A stretch of 64,000 nt of DNA from Octopus bimaculoides (lineage: Eukaryota). The stretch's first letter is position 1, and each line of letters starts with the position of its first letter. The DNA is taken from the NCBI RefSeq assembly GCF_001194135.2, contig NC_068994.1, positions 20,544,274 to 20,608,273 of the forward strand. Direction: 5' to 3'. Below, piece by piece: positions 25,501 through 40,000 of the stretch. The translations under genes were made by a program, and so were the position numbers. The notes beneath the pieces are model-generated. The model had not been told where the DNA came from. It ran no database searches and worked only from the letters and a program-made list of their open reading frames with translations.

Positions 25501-28500
25501 GGGGTTTCCGGAGAGAGAAGAGAGGAACAAGCACATCCAGACACACACACGCACACACACAAAGAACAAGCACGTGCATGCACACACACACACACACACA
25601 CACAGAAGATGAGCACGCACACAGACAAGAACAAGCATGCGCGCATGCGTGCACACACACACACACACACACACACAGAAACAAGCACACACGTACAACC
25701 CATTAGCTTTCTCTTTCCACTTCAATATGTCCTTGGATGTTACCAAGTAGTTTGTTGACAAACTTCGAGTCAAGATGAAAGATAGTTGGTGGACAGCTAA
25801 ACTAGTTGCGTTTGTCCTGGGAGAGAGAGATTAGGAAGTTATATATTGAGGGCCAATTTAAATAATCAGTTTACGAAACTAAATATTAGTAAATAATACA
25901 TTTAAAAAGTATTAATGATGAATGAATGTATGAAAGATCGAAAATCGAGAGAATAGCTTAGAAATGCATAACTGGGCGTCTGGNNNNNNNNNNGGGTGCA
26001 CCGCGAACAAGCAAGGTTTAATTTAGAGAGATGGCACAAAAAATATGTAGCCAGCTTGAGAACACAGGAGGGAAGGAGAGATTTAGAAAATTAGATGAAG
26101 AATTAAGGAGAAATGAAAGCTGGGAGAGAGAGATTAGGAAGTTATATATTGAGGGCCAATTTAAATAATCAGTTTACGAAACTAAATATTAGTAAATAAT
26201 ACATTTAAAAAGTATTAATGATGAATGAATGTATGAAAGATCGAAAATCGAGAGAATAGCTTAGAAATGCATAACTGGGCGTCTGGGACCATCAACGTTG
26301 GAAAGAATTGCATGTAAAAAGGAAGGAAGCATGTGAGTGAAGTGTTTTATAGATATGCAATGGTCAGAAGTGAGCATTATGAAAGGGCGCTCTCTCCCTT
26401 AGTCGAAGACAATAGCAATAGCAATGATAGGAGCAGAGAATAGCACAAGAAGCCATAGTGAGTGGGAAGGACCAAGAAGATAGTACGAAAAATATTTAGC
26501 CAACATGAAACACGGAGGGAATAAGCAAGGTTTAATTTGGAGAGATGGCACAAAAAATATGTAGCCAGCTTGAGAATACAGGAGGGAAGGAGAGATTAAA
26601 TTTAGAAAAATACATGAAGTATTTGCAAGAACCTCTATCAGGCTCAGGGTCCCGAGGTTGACCTTCATTATTTCATTCCATGTCTTCCTGGGCTACTCTC
26701 TTCTGAAAATTTCAACCACATTAAGCAATCAGCACTTCTTTATACACCTGTCCTCATCCATATGCATTATATGTCTATAACAGTGCAGCCTTTTTTCTTG
26801 AACACAACATCTGATTCCTTCTATGCTCAGTTTTTTTTTCTCTCAGCACATTCATACTATATTGTTCCTGCCCACTCACATTGCACACCCAATAGAGCAT
26901 GCTTACTTCATTTCTTGCTAGTCTTTTTAAGTTCTCTGCATTCAAGGCCCATGTCTCATTAACCCTAAGTGTCTCTCTTGTCCTCACCCCTGGCAACTGT
27001 ATTATCTTACTATTCCTGCCACTCCCCACTCTCTTCTCCACATCCCTCTACCTTCCTTAGCTCATGTTTCTTTGTTCAGTTACCCTTCAGCCCTATCCAT
27101 TTTGGCAGTCTACCCACTTTTCTCTCATTCTCCTTCCCCCATATAATCTTGCTAACTACCACCCCCCAACTTCTCATCTTGTGCCTTTTGGGGCCACCTG
27201 GGCACCTCATCACCATTATCTATCTCTTGCAGCTCCTACTGATCATTTTCTCTTTTCCTCTCCCCATTTCCCCAACTAGATGTGAGTAGCCATGCAGATC
27301 CTTCTTAAAGAACCTGCTCTCCCCATCCTTCTCATAGTAACTCCCTCGTCCCCTAGCATGAAGCTGACCTCACCACCACCATCCCCAGGGTTTGTAGTTT
27401 TGTGAATTGCATGGAGAGATCAATGGTGCTGGTGGCACAAGAAGAAAGCACCCAGTCCACTCTGTAAAGTGGTTGATGCCAGGAAAGATATCCAGCTGGA
27501 TCACAACACAGTCCTTGGACACATCAGATCCTGTCAAATCATCCAACCCATGCCAGCATGGTACATGGACATTAAATGATGATGATAGAGTCAACTGTTT
27601 GGACTTTTCAAAAATTGGAAGAGACATTTGTGGATGATGAGCAGAATTGATTCAAGGAACAGAAAAATGAAAGTTTTTACATGTATACTTAATTTTCCAA
27701 AGACATCGTTATATCTAAAATGAAATATCTACAACTGAGAAGTAAAGCCATGTTGTGGATTTGGCTCGCTGGAAACTTAGCTTTTTACAGTACTATCTTC
27801 AATGTTGATTTTTTAAAGTTTTCAAATGTTCATTTAGCAACCAGGGTCCTTAAGGTCTTTGGAGGTCCATATGAGATTTTGTTGTTAAAAATTTATGTAC
27901 AATAAATTGCTTATACCGTTACAATACTTTTTTAAATACAATTCCTAAGAATATGTAATCATAAAAATACGGTAAGATGTCTTTTGCATACACTGAGTGG
28001 CTATGGAGGTCCAGTAGAGTAAACTAGGAATCAAAGGGATCCATAGGCAAAAAATGGTTGAGAACCACTAAATTTTAGCTATTATGAGCTAACCTGAGTT
28101 TTCCAATAATAATACAAAATAAAAGTAATACAAAAACACCATCAGTAATGACATTTTAGAACTCACTGTTTCAATACTGGACCATAAAGAAATTTCAATA
28201 TTCGATGGAAGACCAAAATTTTCTTGTTAAGGAAGTGTTCATCTTCTGTACCATCTCCATTAACAGCAATAAATAATATATTATCCAGCTGGATGATAAA
28301 GAGCAACAATACAGCAATAACAACAATAATACATTCTTTAACAACAACAATATTAATAATCACTTTTATCACATAATGGTTTCTTTTATGAATAACGTTG
28401 AAACAACAATGACAAGAATAGTAGCAGTTGTTATTAACAAAGCTGAAAATCAAGTATTTACAATTATAAATTTAATTTTACACTAAAAAAAAACAAACCT

Positions 28501-29018
28501 ATAAGTATTTCATAATGGATTCATATCTCTAATGTTTGTATACTGTGTTACATCATTTTAAAGAAATAATCTATCTAGTTGCAAAATCTTTTCAATCCTT
28601 TTCTCTTTCTGTGGAATGTATTCATTTTTTTAAATGGATGTGTGTGTGAGTGTGATTATATCTTTTATCTTTTCTTTGTTTCAGCCATTAGACTTGCAGC
28701 CATACTGGGGCATTGCCTTGAAGAATTTTTTAGCTGAATGAATCAACCCCAGTACTTATTAATTTTTCTAAACCTGGTACTTATTCTATCAGTCTCTTTT
28801 ACTGAACATAAACAGGGACATAAACACAGCAACACCAGTTGTCAAGCAGTGGTGGGGGACAAACATAAAGACATACACACACATATATAATGGGCTTCTT
28901 TCAGTTTCTATCAACCAAATCCACTCAAGGCTTTGGTCAGCCCAAGACTATAGTAGAAGACACTTGCCCAAGGTACCATGCAGCAGAACTGAACCAGGAA
29001 CCACGTGATTGGGAAGTA

Positions 29019-29060
<42 letters not shown>

Positions 29061-32000
29061 TCACACAAATACACATACACTTGCATATACAATAATAAAT
29101 ATGTGATGCTGCACAAAGTCAAGTATCACATAGCAGTGAGAGGTGGGCTTTGAATGCAGAGGGATGAAAAACTAGAAAGGAATGAAGAAAGTGTGCTCTC
29201 ATGGATGTGCAATATTTGTGAGCTTGAACAATGAAATACAAATGAGCTGAGAGAGAAACTGAATATAAGAGTGATCAGATGTAGTATGCAAGAGATTGTG
29301 ATTGTAGGGGCATGTGATGCATATGGAGGTGAAGGGCCTTATAAAGAAGTGCTATGCACTGATATTGAATAGAGAATCTGTGGAAGGATGATTTGGGTTT
29401 AAGTGGGAAAGACTTATGTAAAGATGTTGCGTCTTACACACAACATGACTACAGACATAGGCGCAGGAGTGGCTGTATGGTAAGTAGCTTGCTTACCAAC
29501 CACATGGTTCCGGGTTCATTCCCACTGCGTGGCACCTTGGGCAAGTGTCTTCTACTGTAGCCTCGAGCCGACCAAAGCCTTGTGAGTGGATTTGGTAGAC
29601 GAAAACTGAAAGAAGCCCATCGTATATATATGTATATATATATGTATGTGTATATGTTTGTGTGTCTGTGTTTGTCCCCCCAACATCGCTTGTCAACCGA
29701 TGCTGGTGTGTTTATGTCCCCGTAACTTAGCGGTTCGGCAAAAGAGACCGATAGAATAAGTACTAGGCTTCCAAAGAATAAGTCCTGGGGTCGATTTGCT
29801 TGACTAAAGGCGGTGCTCCAGCATGGCCACAGTCAAATGACTGAAACAAGTAAAAGAGTAAAAAGAGAGAGACTGCTTTGATTACAGAATTCACTGAAGT
29901 TGAGAAGCATAATATGTATGTCTCAATACCTCTCTACCTCTTGCAACTATGACACATACCACTATCATTCATGTGACTCTGTGGCACTCAGTAAGCTGTC
30001 CCATAGGAATTTTCAGTTACCCTCTATGTCCCAAGTCTGTAGCTCCTCTTCCCTCTCATCAAATTTTTCAATGAGGATGTCCTTAAATCTCTGACCATGT
30101 GAAGGGTTCTTTAGCTTCCAAATCCTTCTTTTCTGGATTGGTCTGCTTCTTGACATTTTTTGGCCTCAAGTCTAAAGTCACTGTCATGTCTTTTTAAAAT
30201 TGGTTGGCTATTTTATCACCAACCATTTGACAGTGTGGACTAGGTGTATTTTATAATACCACTAGTGTTAGAGAGTTTGCATCCAACAAGACTAAAGAGT
30301 TCCCTCTATCCTTCATGTCCTCCAAGATTTTGAAGTCAATACAGCTGAGGTTCTGCTTTAATCCTCATCATTTAACACCTGTCTTCCATGCTGGCATGGG
30401 TTAGATGGTTTGAGAAAAACTGACAAGCTAGAGAGATGCATCAGGCCCCATTGTCTGCTTTGGCTTGGTTTCTATGGCTGGATGCCCTTCCTAATGCCAA
30501 ACACTTTACAGAGAGTACTGGGTGATTTTTATGTGGCATTGACAACAGCAGGATCACCCAGTAACTTGTGAGGCAAATACCTCTCTGTTGGGAGAGGAAG
30601 TGGAACTACAGGAAGTGGATCCATGCCAGATGAGAGGTTAAAGTATAATAGACGGATAGTAATAGGTATCTTATTGTAGAGAAGATACTTGGCAACCCCA
30701 GTAGGAAAAGAGAAGCGAGGAGGCAGAGAGAGAGTTAGAGAGAAAGTCAGAGAAACAGTCAGAGAAACAGTCAGAGAGAGCGGAGCATGCCAGTGTCATT
30801 TCTTTCGAGCCTTCACATGTTCTCTGTAGTCACAGCCCATGTTTCCCTGCCATGTAGCATAGCTGTTCGAACACAGGCATCATACAATCTGCCTTTCACT
30901 CTGAGGGGGAAGCCTTTTCTTACCAACAAAGGTAGTAGCTCTCTAAACTTCACCCAGCCTGTTCTTATTCTAGTAATTACGCTTTCAGAGCATTCTCCTG
31001 TACTGCTAACTTGGTTGCCTAGGTAATGGAAGCTAACTAATACTTCTAAGACACTTGAGGAAGTCTATTTCCTGTACGTACTTAGTGTTTATTGTACCTG
31101 CACACCTGCCACATCAAAGACTACTTTCTCCATTAACCTTTCTGTGATACTGCTGCACTTCTTATGTGTCCATAGTTTGCACTGGGTACACTGTATGGAG
31201 TTTATACTAACACCTTTCCTACATGTCAAGTAGGGTCATCTTCCAGAAAGGATTAATAATTTGTCTGCTTTAATCCCTTAATCTGCAGGTTAAAATGTTA
31301 GAGGAAAACATGAGTTGGAAAGGAGAGCTAAAATGATGCAGTTTTGGATAAGAAAGATGGAGAAAATGTTCAGTATATATTCTTGAAAAGGATGAAATAT
31401 AGAAGGGTGATAAAAGAAGAAATGAATACATGTATGTTAAATTGGGGTAGGTACACATTTTGGAAAATTCAGTGGAGTATAAAACATTAGAGTAGCAGAA
31501 GAATTGTCAGAACCCATTGGTAAACTAGTAGTCATAAGATTTTGAGAGTGAAAACATCTCTATTTGGTAGAGACTTGTCTTTAATGTAGATTATAATGTT
31601 AATATACAACTACTGAAATTGTTTTACAAAATAGTGAACCTACTGCCAACAATTAATTTTGCATTAGCAATCTAGAATTGAAATTTTAAAACTGTAACTG
31701 AAAGTAATTTTAGAACTATTCTATATCTGTATACAGCATTTAGTTAAATAACTCATTTAGCATCTTTCAAATAACATAGAGACTGACATTGGTTTTCATC
31801 TGTTTATGAGGTTAATAGAATAAGTACAAGCTATGTGCTAGGTTTCTGTAATAGATTGGCATCATACTTGGTTATGTATCGTGTTTTTTGTTTTTTTTAA
31901 TGTCATGGAAACTTGAGGTAAGCACTAACCCAATGAAGTACAAAGATCATTAATAGGAAACAAAAAAAAAAAAAAACTAGGGTTAGTTTAAATAACTATG

Positions 32001-33365
32001 TACTCTGTTTTTACGCATATAAATAAATTTTTCTACAACAAAAATAACCAAATTGGAAAAAAGAAATCCTATTACATTCAATAAAGGCAAATATAACTTA
32101 CCTGTTTGGAAACTGTAATGGAATTATTTTCACAGATAATCTTTTCATAAGGGTTCTTCAAAGTATCGCTCATTACATTCTGTGATGCAGAAAATGGCAC
32201 AAACATTTGTCCCACATCATAAGGATCATCTATGTGTTCAGCAATCTAGAAATTCACAGAAATCACATGGCATTAGAAGGGATAAGATTTTTCATGACAG
32301 AACATTTCCCAATTTTCAGGCATGCACATACATACTTACATAGGTACATGTGCATGCATGCATGCATGTGTGTGAGTACACGTGCAGATGTGCAGATGTG
32401 CTTTCTATGCTACCCTGCAGCAACAGATTGGACTGTGCTGGTGATTTCAAACAACCAATAGAGGGGTTGACAGTTTCTGTTCCAGCACCAGTATTGTGTT
32501 GTATCCATGACAAAAGAAGTTTTAAATAGGCATTTTACATGGATGGTAAGCATCATAAAGCAGGTACAGCTCTCTGCTGTGAATAGATGGAACACTGTAT
32601 AATTAATGAGTGTTTCAGTTAGTTTGCAGTAGGCTACTGAATTCAATTTTTAAAATCAGCTGGATAGTTAGCAACTATCTTCATGTTGGTATGTATATCC
32701 ATATTCCAAAACATAATTATTCGCCCGTTTTCATGTACCCTCTCCAAAGAATAGCTATACCATTTAGTATAGATGAAGAGCAGTAAACAGGGAAATCACT
32801 CCAACATATCCTACCCACAAAATTTTATAAATGTACAGAATTATCTGGTGTTCAATCTACCAGCAAAATCTTTGACAGTATAAAATTATAAAAAAACAGT
32901 AACAGATATTATATTCTCAATAAAAACATACAATTTATCTTTATAAAACAATTCTGCTAACAACTATATCAAGAAGATCTTTCACAATAGAAACAAGAAG
33001 TTAGTTCGGTTTTCTTTATAATATTATTAAACATATATTCTGCCATGGTTGACTTAGCCTTTCAACCTTTCGGAGTTGATAAAATAGGTACCAATAGAGC
33101 ACTGGAGTTGATTTAATTGACTAGCACCCTCCCTCAAACTTGTTGGCCCTGTGTCAAAATTTGGAACCAATATTGTTAAACATATTCTAGGATAGGTGCA
33201 GGAGTGGCTGTGTGGTAAGTAGCTTGCTTACCAACCACATGGTTCTGGGTTCAGTCCCACTGCGTGGCATCTTGGGCAAGTGTCTTCTACTATAGCCTCG
33301 GGCCGACCAAAGCCTTGTGAGTGGATTTGGTAGACGGAAACTGAAAGAAGCCCGTCGTATATATG

Positions 33366-33396
<31 letters not shown>

Positions 33397-34992
33397 TTGT
33401 GTGTCTGTGTTTGTCCCCCTAGCATTGCTTGACAACCGATGCTGGTGTGTTTATGTTCCTGTCACTTAGCGGTTTGGCAAAAGAGACCCATAGAATAAGT
33501 ACTTGGGTTACAAAGAATAAGTCCCGGGGTCGATATGCTCGACTAAAAGGCGATGCTCCAGCATAGCTACAGTCAAATGACTGAAACAAGTAAAAGAGCA
33601 AAGAGTAAGAGATACAAATTTTGATGCAAATTGTTGAAAATGGCACCACGTTTTCTGTACAGTATTTACTTCATCAATTTATATACTATTAAAATTGCAT
33701 TTTGTATATCTTAATGAGGATAATCTGTAGAAAGTCACACAGTTACAGTATCCATCTCAAGAAAGCACCTCATATGGACATATACTGCTAAAATGCACAG
33801 TAGAATATCAATAGCAGACAAAAAGCATCCAGTAACAGCAGCAGTGGAATTGCTATTTCTATGTATTTCCATGTCATCAGTAGTAAGCATCCACTAGCAA
33901 CTGAATGCTTACACAAATTTAGCCTCAACTGATATAGAAAAACAATGATTAACAAATCACTGATGTCATACGCTTGGTAAAAATTTGTTATTAGCAAAAG
34001 AAGCAGTAGACGGGCAAATATACAGAAATCTAGATTTAGCAATTCTAGTGCTGCTGCATGCTTTTCATCTACTACTGATATTCTTCTGTGTTTTTTAGCA
34101 CTATATGTCTATACAAAGTGCAGGTGTGTGATTTTCTATAGTATATGCATGTTAAGTAAGATACAGAATGCTATTTTGAAATAATACTGTTTCTGTCACT
34201 GATACTAACTCTTAAAATTGAAAATCTGTATTGCCATTTGTGTATAACAGAAATTTAACCCATTGTGGCACAAAAATGTTTTGAATAATGTACACTTAAA
34301 TACTTCCAGTAAATTTCTGGGCCCTGGAATCTTCAAAACAGATTTTGGATCCTTATTTTATCAATAAAGCAAAATAATAATCTCTATCAATGAAAGAGAG
34401 AGAGACAATAGAATATAATGTGTCCACACACAAAATGAACACTGATATACATATGGTAATAAACACACACACAGAACAAAGCATACACATATCAAACACA
34501 TAGACACATCTAATAATAATTGAAAGTGCACAAAGAACAAACAAAACATGGAAATAGACTCACATACATACAAAGTACATAAAAACATTTACAAGACATA
34601 TGTAGTATGAAATGCACACTCACAAGTAAAAGTGAACATCCATGCACAAAAACACACAGGCAAATAAATATGAAAACAGACACACACACAAACAAAAGAC
34701 TTAAATACAAAGATAAGATACATATACACATAAATACATTTTGTGAATGAATACTAAATCATATTTCAGCACGCATTTAAAATAAAAGCAAAAGTCGAAG
34801 GCGGAAAAAAAATGCAAAACTGAAAGTNNNNNNNNNNNNNNNNNNNNNNNNNNNNNNNNNNNNNNNNNNNNNNNNNNNNNNNNNNNNNNNNNNNNNNNNN
34901 NNNNNNNNNNNNNNNNNNNNNNNNNNNNNNNNNNNNNNNNNNNNNGAGAGAGAGAGAGAGAGGGAGAGAGAGACAGAGAGAGAGAGAGAGAC

Positions 34993-35055
<63 letters not shown>

Positions 35056-37051
35056 AGTCAGAGAGGAACTGACCCCAGAACTGTTCTCATATTTCATTTA
35101 TCCATCCTGACAAATCCTTAATAACAGGATATCTCAGCCTCACATTACTGAAAGTTTTATAGAAGCAAATAAATGACTACATCATCAAATGAACACAGTG
35201 AAGGTAAGGATAATCTAAAGATGCTTTCCTCGTGTGAATATGTGAGAGACTGTTTGGTGAGCTCAAGTCATGTGAATAGTTTTAAAAAACAGTAACATCA
35301 AATAACTTAATCTATGTGTCTAAGTAGTAGAGGAAGCAGTTGAACAGAAAGATGTAGACTTGGCACTGCCAGTTTTTTAAATATCAATTTTACAATACAG
35401 CCAGCAGGTCTCCATTACAGAGATGGTAAGAGCCCTAACTAGATAACTCTTCCCATTTGAGGGAAGCAGATCTATAGTCAGGGATGCAACATGCAGTAAC
35501 ACATTCTCCAGCTCCAATCTTACAGTATCAGATGCAAACCCAGGTGTCACTGCCTGTAACATGGACGAGAGAAAAATCAATAAATACAGGGGCCTCACTG
35601 ATTGCTATCAGTTTGTGCTAGTTGATGTCAAGACACCAGGTGTTCTAGGACCCCATACTACCAATTTCCTCTGCAAAATAGGGATATAAGCAACTTACTG
35701 GAGAAATGAGCCCTGTAAGGTGGAATGGCTGCTGCAGCAAGTGTCACTGGCCATTTTCCATGGCAACACCAATGCAATCATTACTGTGGGGCACAGCTGA
35801 GCACACTATTTGTTCTCGGATGTGTCCATCATTCCTCCTCCTCCAACTTTTGTTACTTTACCTCCATCCTTTTTTATCTCTCTTCTTTTCTGTTTCTTTT
35901 ATTTAAATGTTCTAATAAAATAAAGTTGTTGAATGGAAAAAAAAATAGAGTATTGCTACTTAGAGCGATATGTTATTCTTGTTTTTGTGATAGCTAGTTA
36001 CTGCAAGGTGGTCTGGCCCATTTGAGAGTTAAGGGACTTGGCCACAGACACAATGTAGTGCCGGTAATAGGGTATGAACAGCTGATCTATAAGCTGGTTG
36101 TCTGCAAGGCTGTCCACTTATCTATGCTCTAGTCATACATGTATCAAAGAATCATGTATAAAGATATATGTATTCATACATTGATGGACCTATATAAACA
36201 CACACATGTATCTGGCATATTTGAGAAGGCCCTTTTTAGGATACATGTACTTCACAATCAAATTAATTTAATGGAATTCTTCTGGGATTTATCAAGAAGC
36301 AATTTCAGCTAGGAGATACTTCCATTTTTATACACCTGGGTCCTCATTTATTATAAATATTGGTTTCAAATTTTTGACACAAAACCAGTAATTTTGGGAG
36401 ATGGGGTAAGTTGATTACATCAATCCCAGTGATCAACTGGTACTTATTCTACTGACTCCAGAAGGATGAAAGGCAAAGTTGACCTCAGCAGAATTTGAAC
36501 TCAGAACATAAAGATGGCTGAAATGCCTCTAAGGATTTTTCCCAGCATGCTAATAATTCTGCCAGCTCGCTGCTTTCATTTATTCTAAATATTATTCTTG
36601 GTTTCATACTTCACATTTTCCACAAATCTATCTTCAAGTCTTTCTATCCAGAGACTTTTCTCAGCTTTCCTGTCTATTGAATGTTCCATGTCAGTTAAAG
36701 TGCATGCCATATTTTCTTTAGTCTTTGACAACTCATTCAGGTTAAACCTTTAGCATTTAAACCGGCCATATCCAGCCCAAAATATTCTACCTGTTTTGCA
36801 TTCAAACTGACTAAGATTCATCCTACAATGTCATTCTAAAAATAAACAATCACATCGTTGAAATCTTGAAGCTACATGATAATACATGATTAATTCAAAA
36901 TATGACTAAATAGGGATTACATTTGACAGAGTAATCTGAATGCTAAAGGGTTAATTAACAGTTATTGTCTTGTCAGTATATAGGTCCATAATCTAGAATA
37001 TCAGTTGTACTATTTCATGCACATGGGAAAATAATAATCATTATTATCTTG

Positions 37052-37086
<35 letters not shown>

Positions 37087-40000
37087 GCCACTGTCATTGC
37101 CATTACCATTGTCATCATCATCGACTTGATCAGTATTAGCATTAGTATAAGTGCAAGCAGTAAAAGACTTTACAAGAGACTTTAAAATATCAAGCACTTT
37201 GTCATACTAATCAAATTTTAACTTTATCATTCATAAAATAAATACCATCAAAATAATTGTTTCTAATTTAGAATCAAGGAGAGTAATCTTGAGGAGAGGG
37301 GATTAGTCAATTACATTGACCTAGTTAATGACTGGTACTTTATTTGTTGACCTCAGAGGGATGAAAGGCAAAGTTGACCTCAGTAGGATTTGCACACAAA
37401 ACATAGAGCCAGAAATACCACAAGACATTTTTCCCACTACCCTGACACAATTCAGCCAATGTATCATCTTTATCAGTAAACTAACAAAAAAATCAAAGAA
37501 ATCATCATCATCATTAATTCCCTTCAGTATTTAGTTACATTCTGAGTTCAGATCAGAGCAATTCAATAAAATAAGTTCAATCAAGTACAGAGACTGATCT
37601 AATTAACTATAACCTTCACCAAAAGATGGCATTGTGCCCATGTTAGAAATCATAGTGAAGTCAAGAGCCTTCACTTACCAACACAATACGACCAGTTGCA
37701 ACTAATGCCTCTGTATCTGTCTTTCATCTCTTTTATTACTCTTATTATGGGTCTTGCTTTTCTGATGTAGCAACTGTATACTACCTGATTGACTCACAGA
37801 TTTTGTCTCAATCCCCAAACCCCAACATTAAATTATTCAAACCTTCTTCTTGACAACTACAGCTCTCTGAAATTCCTCCCTGTCCACACATTCCCAACAA
37901 GCATCAACTTGTAAAAGTTAAAACTAAATATCAACTACAACCTTACCATAAAAGCTATGGATACTGCCAGTCCTTCCTGGACAAAAATGTATAAAAAAAT
38001 ACAAAATACCATCTTTAAAGTCAAAGCTACACTTTATATCGCTCTGAAAAGTGGTGGTTGCAACTAAGTAGAATTTATTAGCCCTAACATTTACCTCTCA
38101 GCAAAAAAAAAAAAAAACTTCCAATTATCATGACTCTGAATTTTCTTTCTGCTCTTCAAACTCTGCCAAATACTAACAATTCTTCAGTGAGTATAATTCC
38201 TCTTGGCTACCATACATTCCTCCCTAGTTAATGCTACTGATACAGAAACTGAATTGTTTGTCATTCTGAATAATCTATATAAGTTATTATCTATACTTCC
38301 CTTTTTCCTGATTGATGCACCAATGCTACAAAGCTTCTTCAGCAATTTCTCGACCCTAAACTCAGACTTTACCCAACCAACATCAATAAATCATCTAAAC
38401 ACTGCACTGCTTAATCAATGCAACACATTACATTTCTTCATACTGTATACTACCCACCTTTGAAACTCCTTGTACATAGATGGTTTTGCTACTACACATA
38501 CAAATATTATAGACTGCATCTTTAAAAATAACAGTCAATGTGTTCTTTCCCCAACCTACTAAAAACAGCATTCAGAAATATGTCCTTTCACATCTTTCAG
38601 TGACATGACCTTCCCATAACTGCCTCTTACTACAAATCTCCAGTCAGTTCAGCAGCAGTTGTACTACAGTAGTATAAGCAATTAACAGTAGTATAAGCAA
38701 TCAACAAAAAAATCACACATCACTACTACCAACTCAGAGGTTTTTACCTAACACTAGATGACTGCAAAACTACAGAAAATAAAAATACTTTTCACAGCCT
38801 GCACTCCTGTTTCTCAAACTGATGCAGAACTACTTAAATGCTTTCCAAAAGGATCTCTGCCAACTTAGCAGAATTCTCATGGCCATCAGTCCTCAACAAA
38901 GAGGACTATCATGTCTTCCACACTCTTTCTTCTGTACATTGGCTTGCAATTACTTCTAACAGTAGACACCTAAAACCCTCACATGTTAGGCCCCACAATC
39001 TCCAGTGATTTCTCATGATTACCAAACATTGCCAAAATTGTAGTAAAGATTGTTTGCCAACATAACATGGCAGTCCTGATTTAGGACGAATGTTGCTGTA
39101 ATTTAGCCCCAGGAGACATCGTCTCCAGCTGGCTATACGACACAATCTGTGTACTTATATTTTCGAAAATATAAGGACACAGATCGTGTTGTGTAGCCAG
39201 CTAGAGACGATGTCCCTTGGGGCTAAATTACAGCAACATTTGTCCTAAACCAGGACTGCCATGTAATGTTGGCAAACAATTTTTACTACAAAGTACTGTT
39301 GCTGAATATCTCACATTGTGAGATTTAAAAAATAGTAATTTTCTAATTGCCAAAATTGTATCACAAAACCTAAATGCTTTGAACTTGATTTTTGTTAACT
39401 CACTACAAGTTAACTAAGACCTACACTGGATCATTATCGAAATTTCAAAGATGGTTTTGCTACTACATGTGTAAACATTATAGACTGCATCCATAATAAG
39501 TCCATATGATTAACAGGCAAGACTTCTTTAATGGTATAATCAATTGCTTCAATTTCTAAATTAAATTTTTCCACCAAAATGAATTAAACAACTTGCTTGA
39601 AAAACAATAGATGAGACAGAAAATGGAGCATTTGTAACTTATCCCAGTGTACATGTGTAATTTGATTTTGTTATGTTGATTGGTGTGCATGTGTGCATGC
39701 GTGTGTTTGTGTGTAAGTGTGTGCGTGCATGCATGCGTTCAGAAAATGTTCCCCTAACATTCTCTCTATACTTGTGTTGGGTTACTGATCTTGAATAATA
39801 AATGGAGTTATTCAACAACAGCAACCAAATTGTAGTTATTTCACATCAAGTAAGTCCATAGCAATTACTACCATGAACCCATAATATTAGTCCTTCCCTT
39901 AAGGAGCAAAATGTGGATGCATTATCCCCACTATTTACCACTGACAGAAATAACAAGTGTCTCAAACTTAAGATCATAAAAACAATTGGTTTGTGATTCA

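Noticed and set aside
25818-26285. Exact 165-bp direct duplication (25818-25983 = 26121-26285)
   Set aside because: It abuts a 10-N gap and is identical, which is typical of an unmerged contig overlap (assembly artefact).
36605-36740. Open minus-strand frame LNELSKTKENMACTLTDMEHSIDRKAEKSLWIERLEDRFVENVK with a donor
   Set aside because: No acceptor (a MITE lies upstream), the phase does not fit between HPS1 exons 1 and 2, and no homology was recognised.
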